Shown piece by piece: positions 10,399 through 18,989 of a DNA stretch of 64,000 bases. The notes beneath the pieces are model-generated. The model had not been told where the DNA came from and ran no database searches. It was given only the letters and a program-made list of their open reading frames with translations. Position 1 is the first letter of the stretch, and each line of letters opens with the position of its first letter. This DNA is from Clostridiales bacterium. GTDB taxonomy: Bacteria; Bacillota; Clostridia; Saccharofermentanales; DTU023. The stretch is taken from assembly GCA_004556455.1 (NCBI GenBank), contig SFGY01000002.1, positions 85,902 to 149,901 of the forward strand, written 5' to 3'. The position numbers and the translations under genes were made by a program.

Positions 10399-10527
10399 AT
10401 CAAATTTCTTTCCCGTTATAGGGTTATAAGGCGGCTTAGTGAGCCTGCCGTTTTCTTGCTGTTCGTACTTCCATGAACAAAAGATATTCTTGTTCTTTAG
10501 TGCTTTTGGTCGTTTCTCCAGATCCAT
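10393..10527 (-). pseudogene. N-terminal fragment of a mobile-element primase-like protein
   Basis: The first ~45 aa of track ORF 10315..10527 (MDLEKRPKALKNKNIFCSWKYEQQENGRLTKPPYNPITGKKFDSD) resemble the N-termini of phage/plasmid primase-polymerase proteins (..F.CWKYE...G..TK.PYNP.TG). The remainder reads through the opposite-strand stub and is not meaningful. Confidence 0.3.
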
Positions 10528-10693
10528 ATTTATCCTCCTTTTCTGGAAGGCTTATCCCTTCTAAAGGTATTTACAAAGAATGAATGGCAAAGGAGGTTTT
10601 TTAATCTGCTATATTCCGATGAAACCAGCTCCTTATATCGTTGGTATATTCACAGAACCGTGATAGCATAAATTAATAAAATAAGGAGGGACT

Positions 10694-10912
10694 ATGGCTG
10701 TTAGTTATAAAAAACTCTTACATCGTATGATTGAAGAAGATATTTCCAATCAGGATTTAATGAGAATGAGCAATATTTCCGCCAACATTATTACGAAACT
10801 ACGCACGGGGCAATATATATCGCTGGAGAAAGTGGAAGGTATCTGCACGGCTTTAAACTGCACACCCAACGATATTTTGGAATTTGTAGCAGAGAAAAAT
10901 CAAAATGATTAA
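10694..10912 (+). CDS. XRE/Cro-type helix-turn-helix regulator (possible R-M controller)
   Basis: 72 aa. HTH ISNQDLMRMSNISANIITKLRTGQYISLEKVEGICTALNCTPNDILEF. Strong RBS aaggaggg. It overlaps the hsdM start by 8 nt. Confidence 0.75.
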   Translation: MAVSYKKLLHRMIEEDISNQDLMRMSNISANIITKLRTGQYISLEKVEGICTALNCTPNDILEFVAEKNQND

Positions 10913-12725
10913 TATAAGAAAACTTGAATCAGAATTATGGGAATCTGCGGATTTATTACGTGCAGGTTCCAAGTTAACATCAAATCAATATTGTATGCCT
11001 GTGCTTGGACTTATTTTCCTACGATACGCATATAGCAGATACAAGATGGTTGAAGCGGAAATCTTAAAAGGACGTCCATCTCGTGGTGGTCAGGTTATGC
11101 CTGTTGAGACAAGTGATTTCGCAGCTAAGAGTGCGTTATATCTTCCTAAGGAAGCACAGTATGATTACTTGTTGAATCTTCCTGAAGATATTTCTTCTGC
11201 AGGACTTGTTAATAAAGACGGTCACTGTATGAATAGTTTAGGAGAAATCGTCAATAACGCTATGCAGCTTATTGAAGATCAGAGTGAACAGTTAGTCGGT
11301 GTACTCCCTAAAAGCTATATGGATTTCTCTGATGAGATTTTATCAGAACTTCTTCGTATATTTAATAACTCCGCGCTTGATGAGGTCGGCGGAGATATTA
11401 TCGGAAGAATCTATGAGTACTTTTTAAATAAATTTGCCAAGAACATCGCATCAGATGATGGTGTTTTCTTTACACCTAAATCTCTTGTAAAGATGATTGT
11501 GAATATTATTGAGCCTACAAGTGGTGTCTTACTGGATCCGGCCTGTGGTTCCGGTGGTATGTTCATTCAGTCCGGGGATTTTGTAAATGCTGCAGGAATG
11601 AACGCTAACAGCACGATGACTTTCTATGGTCAGGAAAAGGTTGAATATAATGCTCAGCTTTGTCTTATGAATATGGCAGTTCATGGACTAACGGGTGTTA
11701 TTAAATCCGGTGATGAAGCTAACAGCTTTTATCACGATGCTCACAACCTTGATGGTTGCTGCGATTATGTGATGGCAAATCCACCTTTCAATGTAGATAA
11801 GGTAAAGGCGGAATCATGTGAAAGTGCGAAACGTTTGCCTTTTGGTATGCCAGGCATTAATAAAAATAAAGAAGTTGGAAACGCTAATTATCTCTGGATT
11901 TCTTACTTCTACAGTTACCTTAACGAAACAGGTCGTGCGGGTTTTGTTATGGCTTCATCTGCCACAGATAGTCAAGGCAAAGATAAAATCATCAGAGAAA
12001 GTCTTGTTAAAACAGGTCATGTCGATGCGATGATTAGTGTTGGGAATAACTTTTTCTATACCAAATCATTACCCTGCTCTCTCTGGTTTTTTGATAAGGG
12101 AAAGGCTGATGCTATCAAGGACAAGGTTCTTTTCATTGATGCAAGAAATTATTATACAGTCGTTGACCGTACGCTTAACGAATGGTCTGAATGGCAACTT
12201 AAGAATATGAATGCGATTGTATGGCTTTATCGTGGAGAAATTGATAAATACTCTGCTCTTCTTCATGAATACCGCTCTGCTCTGGGTAGTGATAAACCTT
12301 TCGCAGAACAGGTACACGAATTATCAGAGAAAGCAAAAGCACTTCGTTCAGAAGCAAAGAAAGCCGTTGAATCAGCTGAAAAGCGTGAAAAGAAAAAGAC
12401 CCAGGAAGTCTACGATACAAAGCTTGCTGAACTTACTGAAATTCTCACAATAGCTAAGGAAGCAAACTGGCTCTATGAAAAATTCGGCGAAGGCGTTTAT
12501 GCTGATGTCCTCGGTCTTTGTAAGCTAGCATCCATTTCTGAGATTGAAGAAAAGGGCTGGTCACTTACTCCTGGAGCTTATGTAGGTGTGGCACCCATTG
12601 AAGATGATGGCGTGGACTTTGAAGAACGCATGGCTGAAATCCATCGTGAATTATTGTCATTACAGGCTGAATCAAATGACTTGATGGATACCATCTCACA
12701 GAATATGAAGGAGATGGGGTTATGA
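10905..12725 (+). CDS. hsdM: Type I restriction-modification methyltransferase subunit
   Basis: 606 aa. HsdM N-terminal domain (LWESADLLRAGSKLTSNQYCMPVLGLIFLRY). SAM motif LLDPACGSGGMF. Catalytic VMANPPFN. Confidence 0.9.
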   Translation: MINIRKLESELWESADLLRAGSKLTSNQYCMPVLGLIFLRYAYSRYKMVEAEILKGRPSRGGQVMPVETSDFAAKSALYLPKEAQYDYLLNLPEDISSAGLVNKDGHCMNSLGEIVNNAMQLIEDQSEQLVGVLPKSYMDFSDEILSELLRIFNNSALDEVGGDIIGRIYEYFLNKFAKNIASDDGVFFTPKSLVKMIVNIIEPTSGVLLDPACGSGGMFIQSGDFVNAAGMNANSTMTFYGQEKVEYNAQLCLMNMAVHGLTGVIKSGDEANSFYHDAHNLDGCCDYVMANPPFNVDKVKAESCESAKRLPFGMPGINKNKEVGNANYLWISYFYSYLNETGRAGFVMASSATDSQGKDKIIRESLVKTGHVDAMISVGNNFFYTKSLPCSLWFFDKGKADAIKDKVLFIDARNYYTVVDRTLNEWSEWQLKNMNAIVWLYRGEIDKYSALLHEYRSALGSDKPFAEQVHELSEKAKALRSEAKKAVESAEKREKKKTQEVYDTKLAELTEILTIAKEANWLYEKFGEGVYADVLGLCKLASISEIEEKGWSLTPGAYVGVAPIEDDGVDFEERMAEIHRELLSLQAESNDLMDTISQNMKEMGL

Positions 12726-13957
12726 GTTTTAATGAAGAATTATTAGATGATTACATTGATATACTCTCTGGTTTCGCTTTTAAAACAAAAGATTTTGTAG
12801 ATAAAGGCGTACCTATTATTAAAATAAAGAATATTAGTCCTCCTTGTGTAACATTAGATGACTTAACATATGTTTCGAATGAGGTGGCTGAAAAACAAAA
12901 GAAATATATTCTTTCCTATGATGATGTATTGATTGCTATGACTGGATCTCATATTAATCAGTGGGCATCTGTAGTAGGCCGTGTTGCAAGAGTAAAGTAT
13001 TATGACTCAACATTATTAAACCAGCGTGTAGGAAAAATAACCATCAAGGATAATGCCGAAGCTGATATAAACTATATCTATTATTATCTTTCTCAGGATA
13101 CGGTAAAAATTGAACTTGCTACTAAAGCAGGAGGTGCTGCAAATCAAGCAAATATAAGTCCAGCACACATTAAAGGTCTATCCTTTCCTTGTCCTGATTT
13201 AGCAACGCAGAACAAAATAGGTAACATACTAAAATCCTATGATGACCTAATCGAAAACAACCAAAAACAAATCAAACTCCTCGAAGAAGCCGCAAAGAGG
13301 CTCTACAAGGAATGGTTTATTGATTTGCATTTTCCGGGATATGAGGATGTGGAGATTGTCGATGGTGTGCCTGATGGATGGACAAAAGATAGAGCAGAAT
13401 GCTTTTTCAAAATTACTATTGGGAAAACGCCACCAAGAGCAGAGAAGCAATGGTTTGTAAATGGAAATGACGGAATTCCATGGATTTCAATATCTGATAT
13501 GGGAAATGCAGGTGTATTCACTTTTAAGACAAGTGAAGGATTAACCGAAGAAGCCATAAAGAAACATAAAATGAAAATTGTTCCGTCTGGAACTATTTTC
13601 GTTAGCTTCAAGTTGACAGTTGGACGAGTTGCAATAGCGACAACAGAAATGTGTACAAACGAAGCAATTGCTCATTTTTATGTTAATGATTCTTTACAGG
13701 CATATACATACTGTTATTTGAGCAATTTTGAATATGATACATTAGGAAATACATCGTCAATTTCAAAAGCTGTAAATTCGAAAATAATAAAGGCTATGCC
13801 ATTTATAATGCCGTCGCAAGGCATAGTTGAAAAATTTTCAGCGATTGTATCCCCTATTTTAAGTGAGATAAAAGTAAACCAAAAAATGTGCAATTATTTG
13901 TCTGAAGCCCGTGACCGCTTATTACCTAAACTGATGAGTGGAGAAATCAAAGTGTAA
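12722..13957 (+). CDS. hsdS: Type I R-M specificity subunit (two target-recognition domains)
   Basis: 411 aa. ATGA overlap with hsdM. Central conserved helix IENNQKQIKLLEEAAKRLYKEWFIDLHFPG and C-terminal LSEARDRLLPKLMSGEI are typical HsdS spacers. Confidence 0.85.
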   Translation: MSFNEELLDDYIDILSGFAFKTKDFVDKGVPIIKIKNISPPCVTLDDLTYVSNEVAEKQKKYILSYDDVLIAMTGSHINQWASVVGRVARVKYYDSTLLNQRVGKITIKDNAEADINYIYYYLSQDTVKIELATKAGGAANQANISPAHIKGLSFPCPDLATQNKIGNILKSYDDLIENNQKQIKLLEEAAKRLYKEWFIDLHFPGYEDVEIVDGVPDGWTKDRAECFFKITIGKTPPRAEKQWFVNGNDGIPWISISDMGNAGVFTFKTSEGLTEEAIKKHKMKIVPSGTIFVSFKLTVGRVAIATTEMCTNEAIAHFYVNDSLQAYTYCYLSNFEYDTLGNTSSISKAVNSKIIKAMPFIMPSQGIVEKFSAIVSPILSEIKVNQKMCNYLSEARDRLLPKLMSGEIKV

Positions 13958-13959
13958 TC

Positions 13960-14340
13960 ATGTCTACTTTTAGTAAAAAGGAATTGATAGAATGTGAACG
14001 TTTAATTGGCATTCGCATTATGCAAGAGGATGCAGAATCGATATATTCTTTGCTGCAAACTGAAAGAGATCCTATTTTTATAATGGAAATTATTCCTTAT
14101 TATGCATTGTTTGTCCAGTCATGCCAAGAGTATATGGGAGAAGATTTATTTCCTAAATCAATAGCGAAAAATTTTAAAGATATTCGCAACCACATAAAGG
14201 CGTATACTGATTGTTTTAGCAAATCTCAAAAACGTGTAGCAGCAATTGATGATGCACAAGATAGAGATTTTAAAGAACAACTCAGATTTGGATTTCTAAA
14301 AAAAAAATATTCATCTGAATTTAGGAACGTACTGGACTGA
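13960..14340 (+). CDS. Hypothetical protein, R-M cargo slot (possibly the N-terminal part of a split gene)
   Basis: 126-aa ORF starting 3 nt after the hsdS stop. It ends 33 nt after an A10 run (14298-14307). I recognise no family. Confidence 0.5.
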   Translation: MSTFSKKELIECERLIGIRIMQEDAESIYSLLQTERDPIFIMEIIPYYALFVQSCQEYMGEDLFPKSIAKNFKDIRNHIKAYTDCFSKSQKRVAAIDDAQDRDFKEQLRFGFLKKKYSSEFRNVLD

Positions 14341-14383
14341 AGAAAAACAGATAATCGGTAATACTCAGCAGTTAGCAGATTTT

Positions 14384-15052
14384 TTGTCGGTCGAAAATGT
14401 ATTAGGCCCTAAAATAAAGGAGAAGAATTACCAAATAGGTTACCATATAGGCTCATTTGTTGCCTCATTCAGAAAAGGATTAGCAAATTCTTCAAATTTC
14501 CCTATTATCGAAAGAGAACGTAAATCAATCTCAATTAACTATTATTGCGATATAAACACAAATAAGAGAAATAATTTGCTTTTTAAAGGTCAAAAGAAGG
14601 AAATAAATTTATTCTATTTACATTTATTGTGCAATATGAATTTCGTTAAGTACATATTGAGACCATTGTTCCTAGATGGAAATATATGGGTTTTCAGGGT
14701 GGAATATATCGTTTCTTATTACACATTACGTGCGTTGGAACGTTTAAAAAACTATACTGAAAACAACAAGGATATAACTATTGAGAGCAAAGAAATCTAC
14801 GATATTCTTAAGTTAGGTAAAGTATTATTTAAGACAAAAGTACGTAATTGTATGATGCATTATAATCTTGAAAATGCAGGAGTCATATCTTTCGAAAATA
14901 TTGATAAACCATTTTATGGAATTATTGAAAAGTGCTTTAATGGAAAGAGTTATCAAGAATATTTAATAGAATTGCATGGGTTGTCTAATATGATAATCGA
15001 TTTTTTAAATAACCAATTTGATTTTTCTAATGTGAAGTTAGAAAGCTTTTAA
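14384..15052 (+). CDS. Hypothetical protein with HEPN-like R-x4-H motif (possibly the C-terminal part of a split gene)
   Basis: 222-aa track ORF with a TTG start and no convincing RBS or ATG. Its frame is open back to the TAA at 14297-14299, which lies inside the A10 run. It contains KVRNCMMHYNL (R-N-x3-H). Confidence 0.5.
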   Translation: MSVENVLGPKIKEKNYQIGYHIGSFVASFRKGLANSSNFPIIERERKSISINYYCDINTNKRNNLLFKGQKKEINLFYLHLLCNMNFVKYILRPLFLDGNIWVFRVEYIVSYYTLRALERLKNYTENNKDITIESKEIYDILKLGKVLFKTKVRNCMMHYNLENAGVISFENIDKPFYGIIEKCFNGKSYQEYLIELHGLSNMIIDFLNNQFDFSNVKLESF

Positions 15053-15069
15053 AGCAAATGGGAGCAACT

Positions 15070-18000
15070 ATGAGCTACGATTATTCCGAAAATATATTAG
15101 TACAAGAAAGTGCCGGTAATCTGCTCCGTGATGAATTAGGCTGGGATGTTCAGTTTGCCTATAATACAGAAGTGCTGGGTAAGAATGGCTCTTTCGGTCG
15201 AGAAAGTTATAAAGATATTCTGCTTGTTCGCTATTTTAAAGAGGCACTTAAAAAGTTCAATCCGTGGATAAATGAAAATCAGATCATTGAGGCACAGCAG
15301 CTTTTAGAAAAGAGATTGTCTACTTCTTCACTGCTACAGCTAAATGAAGAAAAATATTTTTTAATTCGTGATGGTATTCCTGTCACTGTTAAAAAACCAA
15401 ATGGACAAACTGAAACAAAAAAGGCTGCAGTGATTGATTTTCAGAACCCTGATAACAACTATTTCCTGGCAATAAAGGAATTAAAAATCCATGGAGATTT
15501 ATATCGCAGAAGAACTGACATTGTAGGCTTCGTAAATGGTATTCCACTTCTCTTTGTAGAACTCAAGAAAAATACTGTAGATGTTCAGAATGCCTATGAT
15601 GATAACTACACCGACTATCAAGATACCATTCCTCATTTGTTCTACTACAATGCATTCCTAATGCTTTCTAATGGAACAGAGGCTAAGGTCGGTACACTTG
15701 GCAGTAAGTTTGAATTCTTCCATGAATGGAAGCGTCTTGCCGAAGAAGACCAAGGAAGTGTTGCTTTAGAAACAATACTTCGTGGTATTTGTAAGAAAGA
15801 AAACTTTCTTGATTTATTTGAGAACTTTATCTTATTTGACCATTCTAAGGGTCTCACTGCAAAGATACTTGCTCGTAACCACCAGTATCTCGGTGTAAAC
15901 GAAGCGATGAAAGCCTATGCTGAAAGAAAACTTAATGACGGTAAGCTTGGTGTATTCTGGCATACACAGGGTTCAGGCAAGAGCTATTCAATGGTATTTT
16001 TTGCAAAAAAGGTGCGAAGAAAGATAGAAGGAACCCCAACCTTCGTTATCCTTACAGACCGTGATGAACTGAATACGCAGATTAGTGATACCTTTGAGAA
16101 TTGTGGACTTCTTGGTAAAGATATAAAAGCGGCTCAATTTATTGCGACAAGTGGAGATGACCTTGTTGAAAAACTGCAAGGTAATCCAAGCTTCATATTC
16201 ACTCTTATTCAGAAGTTTAATAAACCAAATGCAAAGCCTATATATCCTGATCACGATATTATTATCATGTCGGATGAAGCGCATCGAAGCCAGTATGGTA
16301 TCTTCGCTGATAACATGATAAAGCTGTTACCTACTGCTGCACGCATCGGCTTTACAGGTACGCCATTACTTTCGAGTGATAATATCACTGCTCGTACATT
16401 TGGTGGCTATGTGTCAGTTTATGACTTCAGGAGAGCCGTTGAAGATGGTGCTACAGTACCTCTTTATTACGAAAATCGTGGTGAGAAGATTGTAGATTTA
16501 CACAACCCTGAAATCACGAATCAAATCCTTGATGCTATCGAAAATGCTGACCTTGATGTTGACCAACAGGACAAGCTGGAAACCGAATTTGCAAAAGAGA
16601 TACACCTGCTCACAGCCGAGCCTAGACTGAAATCTATCGCCCAAGATTTTGTGAAACACTACTCTGACTTGTGGACAAGCGGAAAAGCTATGTTTGTTTG
16701 CTTAAACAAAGTTACCTGTGTCCGTATGTATAATTATGTTCAGGAATATTGGAAAGCAGAAATCAAAATCCTAAAAGCTAGTTTAAAAGATGCCGGTCAA
16801 CAAGAGGCTCTTGAACTTGAAAGAAAAATCAAATGGATGAAAGAAACTGAAATGGCTGTTGTAATCAGTCAGGAACAGAACGAAATCCAAACCTTCAAAA
16901 AGTGCAATTTAGACATAAAGACTCACCGTACTAAGATGGAAAAGCGTGAGTTAGATAAAGAATTTAAGGATTCAAAAAATCCGCTCCGTGTTGTATTTGT
17001 ATGTGCAATGTGGCTTACCGGCTTTGATGTTAAATGTCTTTCATGCTTATATCTCGATAAACCATTAAAGGCTCATACACTTATGCAGACCATAGCACGT
17101 GCCAACCGTGTAAGCGAAGGCAAAAGCAATGGTTTGATTATAGATTATATTGGAATCGTAAAAGCGTTAAGAAAGGCTCTTGCAGATTATACTGCACATG
17201 CAGGTGGAAATGGAGGTTCAAACCCTACAATAGATAAGGACGAACTTATTGCTCGTATTATCGAAACTATTGATAAAGCAGATGAATTCTTGAGTGAGCA
17301 TGATTTTGATTTGGAAAGGCTTATCAATGCTTATGATTTTATGAAACTATCCTACCTTCAGGAAGCAGCTAATGCAGTATGCGGTTCGATTGAGGATAAG
17401 AAAACATATACTACATATGCATCTGAATTGAATCGTCTAATGAAATATACTGACAGAGATGATATCAGCGGTCACACTCGTAAACAGTATGAAGCTATTT
17501 CCGCTATTAATGCTGAATTACAGAAAAAACGTAAACACATCAATACCACTGATCTTATGATTGAAATCAATGGGATTATAAGTGCGTATGTTAAGATTCA
17601 GCATACACCTGCTATGCTGGGTGAAGAATCATGCAGATTTGATATCAGTGCAATTGACTTTGACCTTCTTCGCAGAGAGTTTGCAAAGGTTAAGAAAAAG
17701 AATCTGCTTTTAAAGGAGTTAGAGGAAGTAATCCGGCAGAAACTTGACAGTATGCTTTTTGCTAATCCTGATCGAATGAACTATTACGAACGCTATCAGC
17801 AAATTATCGATGATTATAATAGTGAGCAGGACAGAGCCACCATTGAGAAGACTTTCATGGAATTGATGGATTTGGCTAATCAAATGAGCGATGAAGAACA
17901 ACGCTATATCCGTGAAGGCTTTACAAGTGATGAGGAACTTTCTCTTTATGATATGTTATTCCGTGACGATTTGAGTAAAGCGGACATCAAGAAACTCAAA

Positions 18001-18213
18001 GAAGTTGCAGCATCACTACTACAGAAAATAAAAACTAAAATTGCAGAATTTGACCACTGGACAGATAAGCAGGAAACAAAAGCAGCTATTGATAATCTTA
18101 TTCGTGATACCCTTTGGGAAGAATTGCCGGAGTGTTACGATGAGCTTAGTATCTCTTTGTATCGTCAGCAGATTTATGAATATGTATATACTCGATATAA
18201 AGAAGTTGCTTAA
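15070..18213 (+). CDS. hsdR: Type I restriction enzyme R subunit (helicase/endonuclease)
   Basis: About 1047 aa from MSYDYSEN (RBS gggag); the track start at 15058 is also possible. Nuclease region DIVGFVNGIPLLFVELKK. Helicase motifs HTQGSGKS, IIIMSDEAHRSQ, GFTGTP. C-terminal TQTIARANRV. Confidence 0.9.
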   Translation: MSYDYSENILVQESAGNLLRDELGWDVQFAYNTEVLGKNGSFGRESYKDILLVRYFKEALKKFNPWINENQIIEAQQLLEKRLSTSSLLQLNEEKYFLIRDGIPVTVKKPNGQTETKKAAVIDFQNPDNNYFLAIKELKIHGDLYRRRTDIVGFVNGIPLLFVELKKNTVDVQNAYDDNYTDYQDTIPHLFYYNAFLMLSNGTEAKVGTLGSKFEFFHEWKRLAEEDQGSVALETILRGICKKENFLDLFENFILFDHSKGLTAKILARNHQYLGVNEAMKAYAERKLNDGKLGVFWHTQGSGKSYSMVFFAKKVRRKIEGTPTFVILTDRDELNTQISDTFENCGLLGKDIKAAQFIATSGDDLVEKLQGNPSFIFTLIQKFNKPNAKPIYPDHDIIIMSDEAHRSQYGIFADNMIKLLPTAARIGFTGTPLLSSDNITARTFGGYVSVYDFRRAVEDGATVPLYYENRGEKIVDLHNPEITNQILDAIENADLDVDQQDKLETEFAKEIHLLTAEPRLKSIAQDFVKHYSDLWTSGKAMFVCLNKVTCVRMYNYVQEYWKAEIKILKASLKDAGQQEALELERKIKWMKETEMAVVISQEQNEIQTFKKCNLDIKTHRTKMEKRELDKEFKDSKNPLRVVFVCAMWLTGFDVKCLSCLYLDKPLKAHTLMQTIARANRVSEGKSNGLIIDYIGIVKALRKALADYTAHAGGNGGSNPTIDKDELIARIIETIDKADEFLSEHDFDLERLINAYDFMKLSYLQEAANAVCGSIEDKKTYTTYASELNRLMKYTDRDDISGHTRKQYEAISAINAELQKKRKHINTTDLMIEINGIISAYVKIQHTPAMLGEESCRFDISAIDFDLLRREFAKVKKKNLLLKELEEVIRQKLDSMLFANPDRMNYYERYQQIIDDYNSEQDRATIEKTFMELMDLANQMSDEEQRYIREGFTSDEELSLYDMLFRDDLSKADIKKLKEVAASLLQKIKTKIAEFDHWTDKQETKAAIDNLIRDTLWEELPECYDELSISLYRQQIYEYVYTRYKEVA

Positions 18214-18238
18214 CTGAAATATTATAAGCAATTTCATA

Positions 18239-18258
18239 CATAAAGATATATACCCAGT
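18239..18258 (+). repeat. 20-bp direct repeat, copy 1 (cataaagatatatacccagt)
   Basis: Exact match to 18570-18589. Lies 25 nt after the hsdR stop and 13 nt before the first CRISPR repeat. Confidence 0.8.
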
Positions 18259-18271
18259 TCTGTGTGTTCCT

Positions 18272-18434
18272 GTCGCCCCTCGCGCAGGGGCGTGAATTGA
18301 AATGCGTCAAAAGTCTTGGAGACAGAGCCCGCCGCGTCGCCCCTTACGCAGGGGCGTGAATTGAAATCTTAAATTAATATCCATTACAAGGACAAGATCC
18401 CTGTCGCCCCTCACGCAGGTGCGAGAATTGAAAT
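18272..18434 (+). CRISPR. Short degenerate CRISPR array: three 32-bp repeats, spacers of 32 and 35 bp
   Basis: Repeats are at 18272-18303 (gtcgcccctcgcgcaggggcgtgaattgaaat), 18336-18367 (gtcgccccttacgcaggggcgtgaattgaaat) and 18403-18434 (gtcgcccctcacgcaggtgcgagaattgaaat). They have an internal palindrome GCCCCT/AGGGGC and an ATTGAAAT 3' end, which resembles type I-C repeats. Confidence 0.8.
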
Positions 18435-18501
18435 GGGATCAAGTTTTGATTGTTGCCCACGCTGAATCACTTCCTTCGTTTGAGCTTCCTTTTCAGCAAA
18501 T

Positions 18502-18531
18502 AAAAAGCACCCCCTTCGGAAGAGTGCTTTT
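18502..18531. terminator. Hairpin flanked by A- and T-runs (bidirectional terminator-like)
   Basis: The sequence is aaaaagcacccccttcggaagagtgcttttt. On the minus strand it directly follows the tRNA-like fragment. Confidence 0.5.
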
Positions 18532-18540
18532 AATATAATG

Positions 18541-18573
18541 AGCGACCGGATTCGAACCGATACTTCCACCATA
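18541..18573 (-). other. tRNA 3'-half-like fragment (T-arm plus acceptor-like tail), no intact tRNA
   Basis: The minus strand reads ggtggaagtATCGGTTCGAATCCGGTcgctca, a T-stem/loop with the GTTCGAATC consensus. No D or anticodon arm is present upstream. Confidence 0.3.
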
Positions 18574-18589
18574 AAGATATATACCCAGT
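18570..18589 (+). repeat. 20-bp direct repeat, copy 2 (cataaagatatatacccagt)
   Basis: Exact match to 18239-18258. It abuts the tRNA-like fragment. Confidence 0.8.
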
Positions 18590-18754
18590 ATACAAGATAG
18601 CCTTAAACAACTAGCATATATATTTTGCCTCTATGGCCAGTCAATGCGTTCTCGCCCCTTAAACTACTGCTCATCTATTATTATTTTCTCAAGAAAAAAA
18701 CTTTGTCAACAAAATAATGTTCCATCCTAGTAAGCTTTCTTGCCCCGCCTTCCT

Positions 18755-18786
18755 GTCGCCCCTCACTCAGGGGCATGAATAAAATT
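18755..18786 (+). repeat. Degenerate orphan CRISPR repeat (trailer-end type)
   Basis: gtcgcccctcactcaggggcatgaataaaatt matches the first 10 nt and the caggggc core of the array repeat, but the 3' part has diverged. It is preceded by ttcct, as repeat 1 is. An additional 10-nt piece, tcgcccctta, sits at 18652-18661. Confidence 0.6.
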
Positions 18787-18989
18787 AAAATAAGCATAAT
18801 TTGTTGTTAATGGCGCATCTTCATTGTCTTACGGTCCTGTCCACTCTCCGAATGAGTAGCTGATATCCCTGAAACATGAACAAATTCCCACAGAGTTTTC
18901 ACGTTTAATTTGTGCTTTTTGCTGCTGCACTATGTTATAGTGGAGAGAATGAATACGCAAAAACAAATTAAATTCAGGAGGGAACAGTT

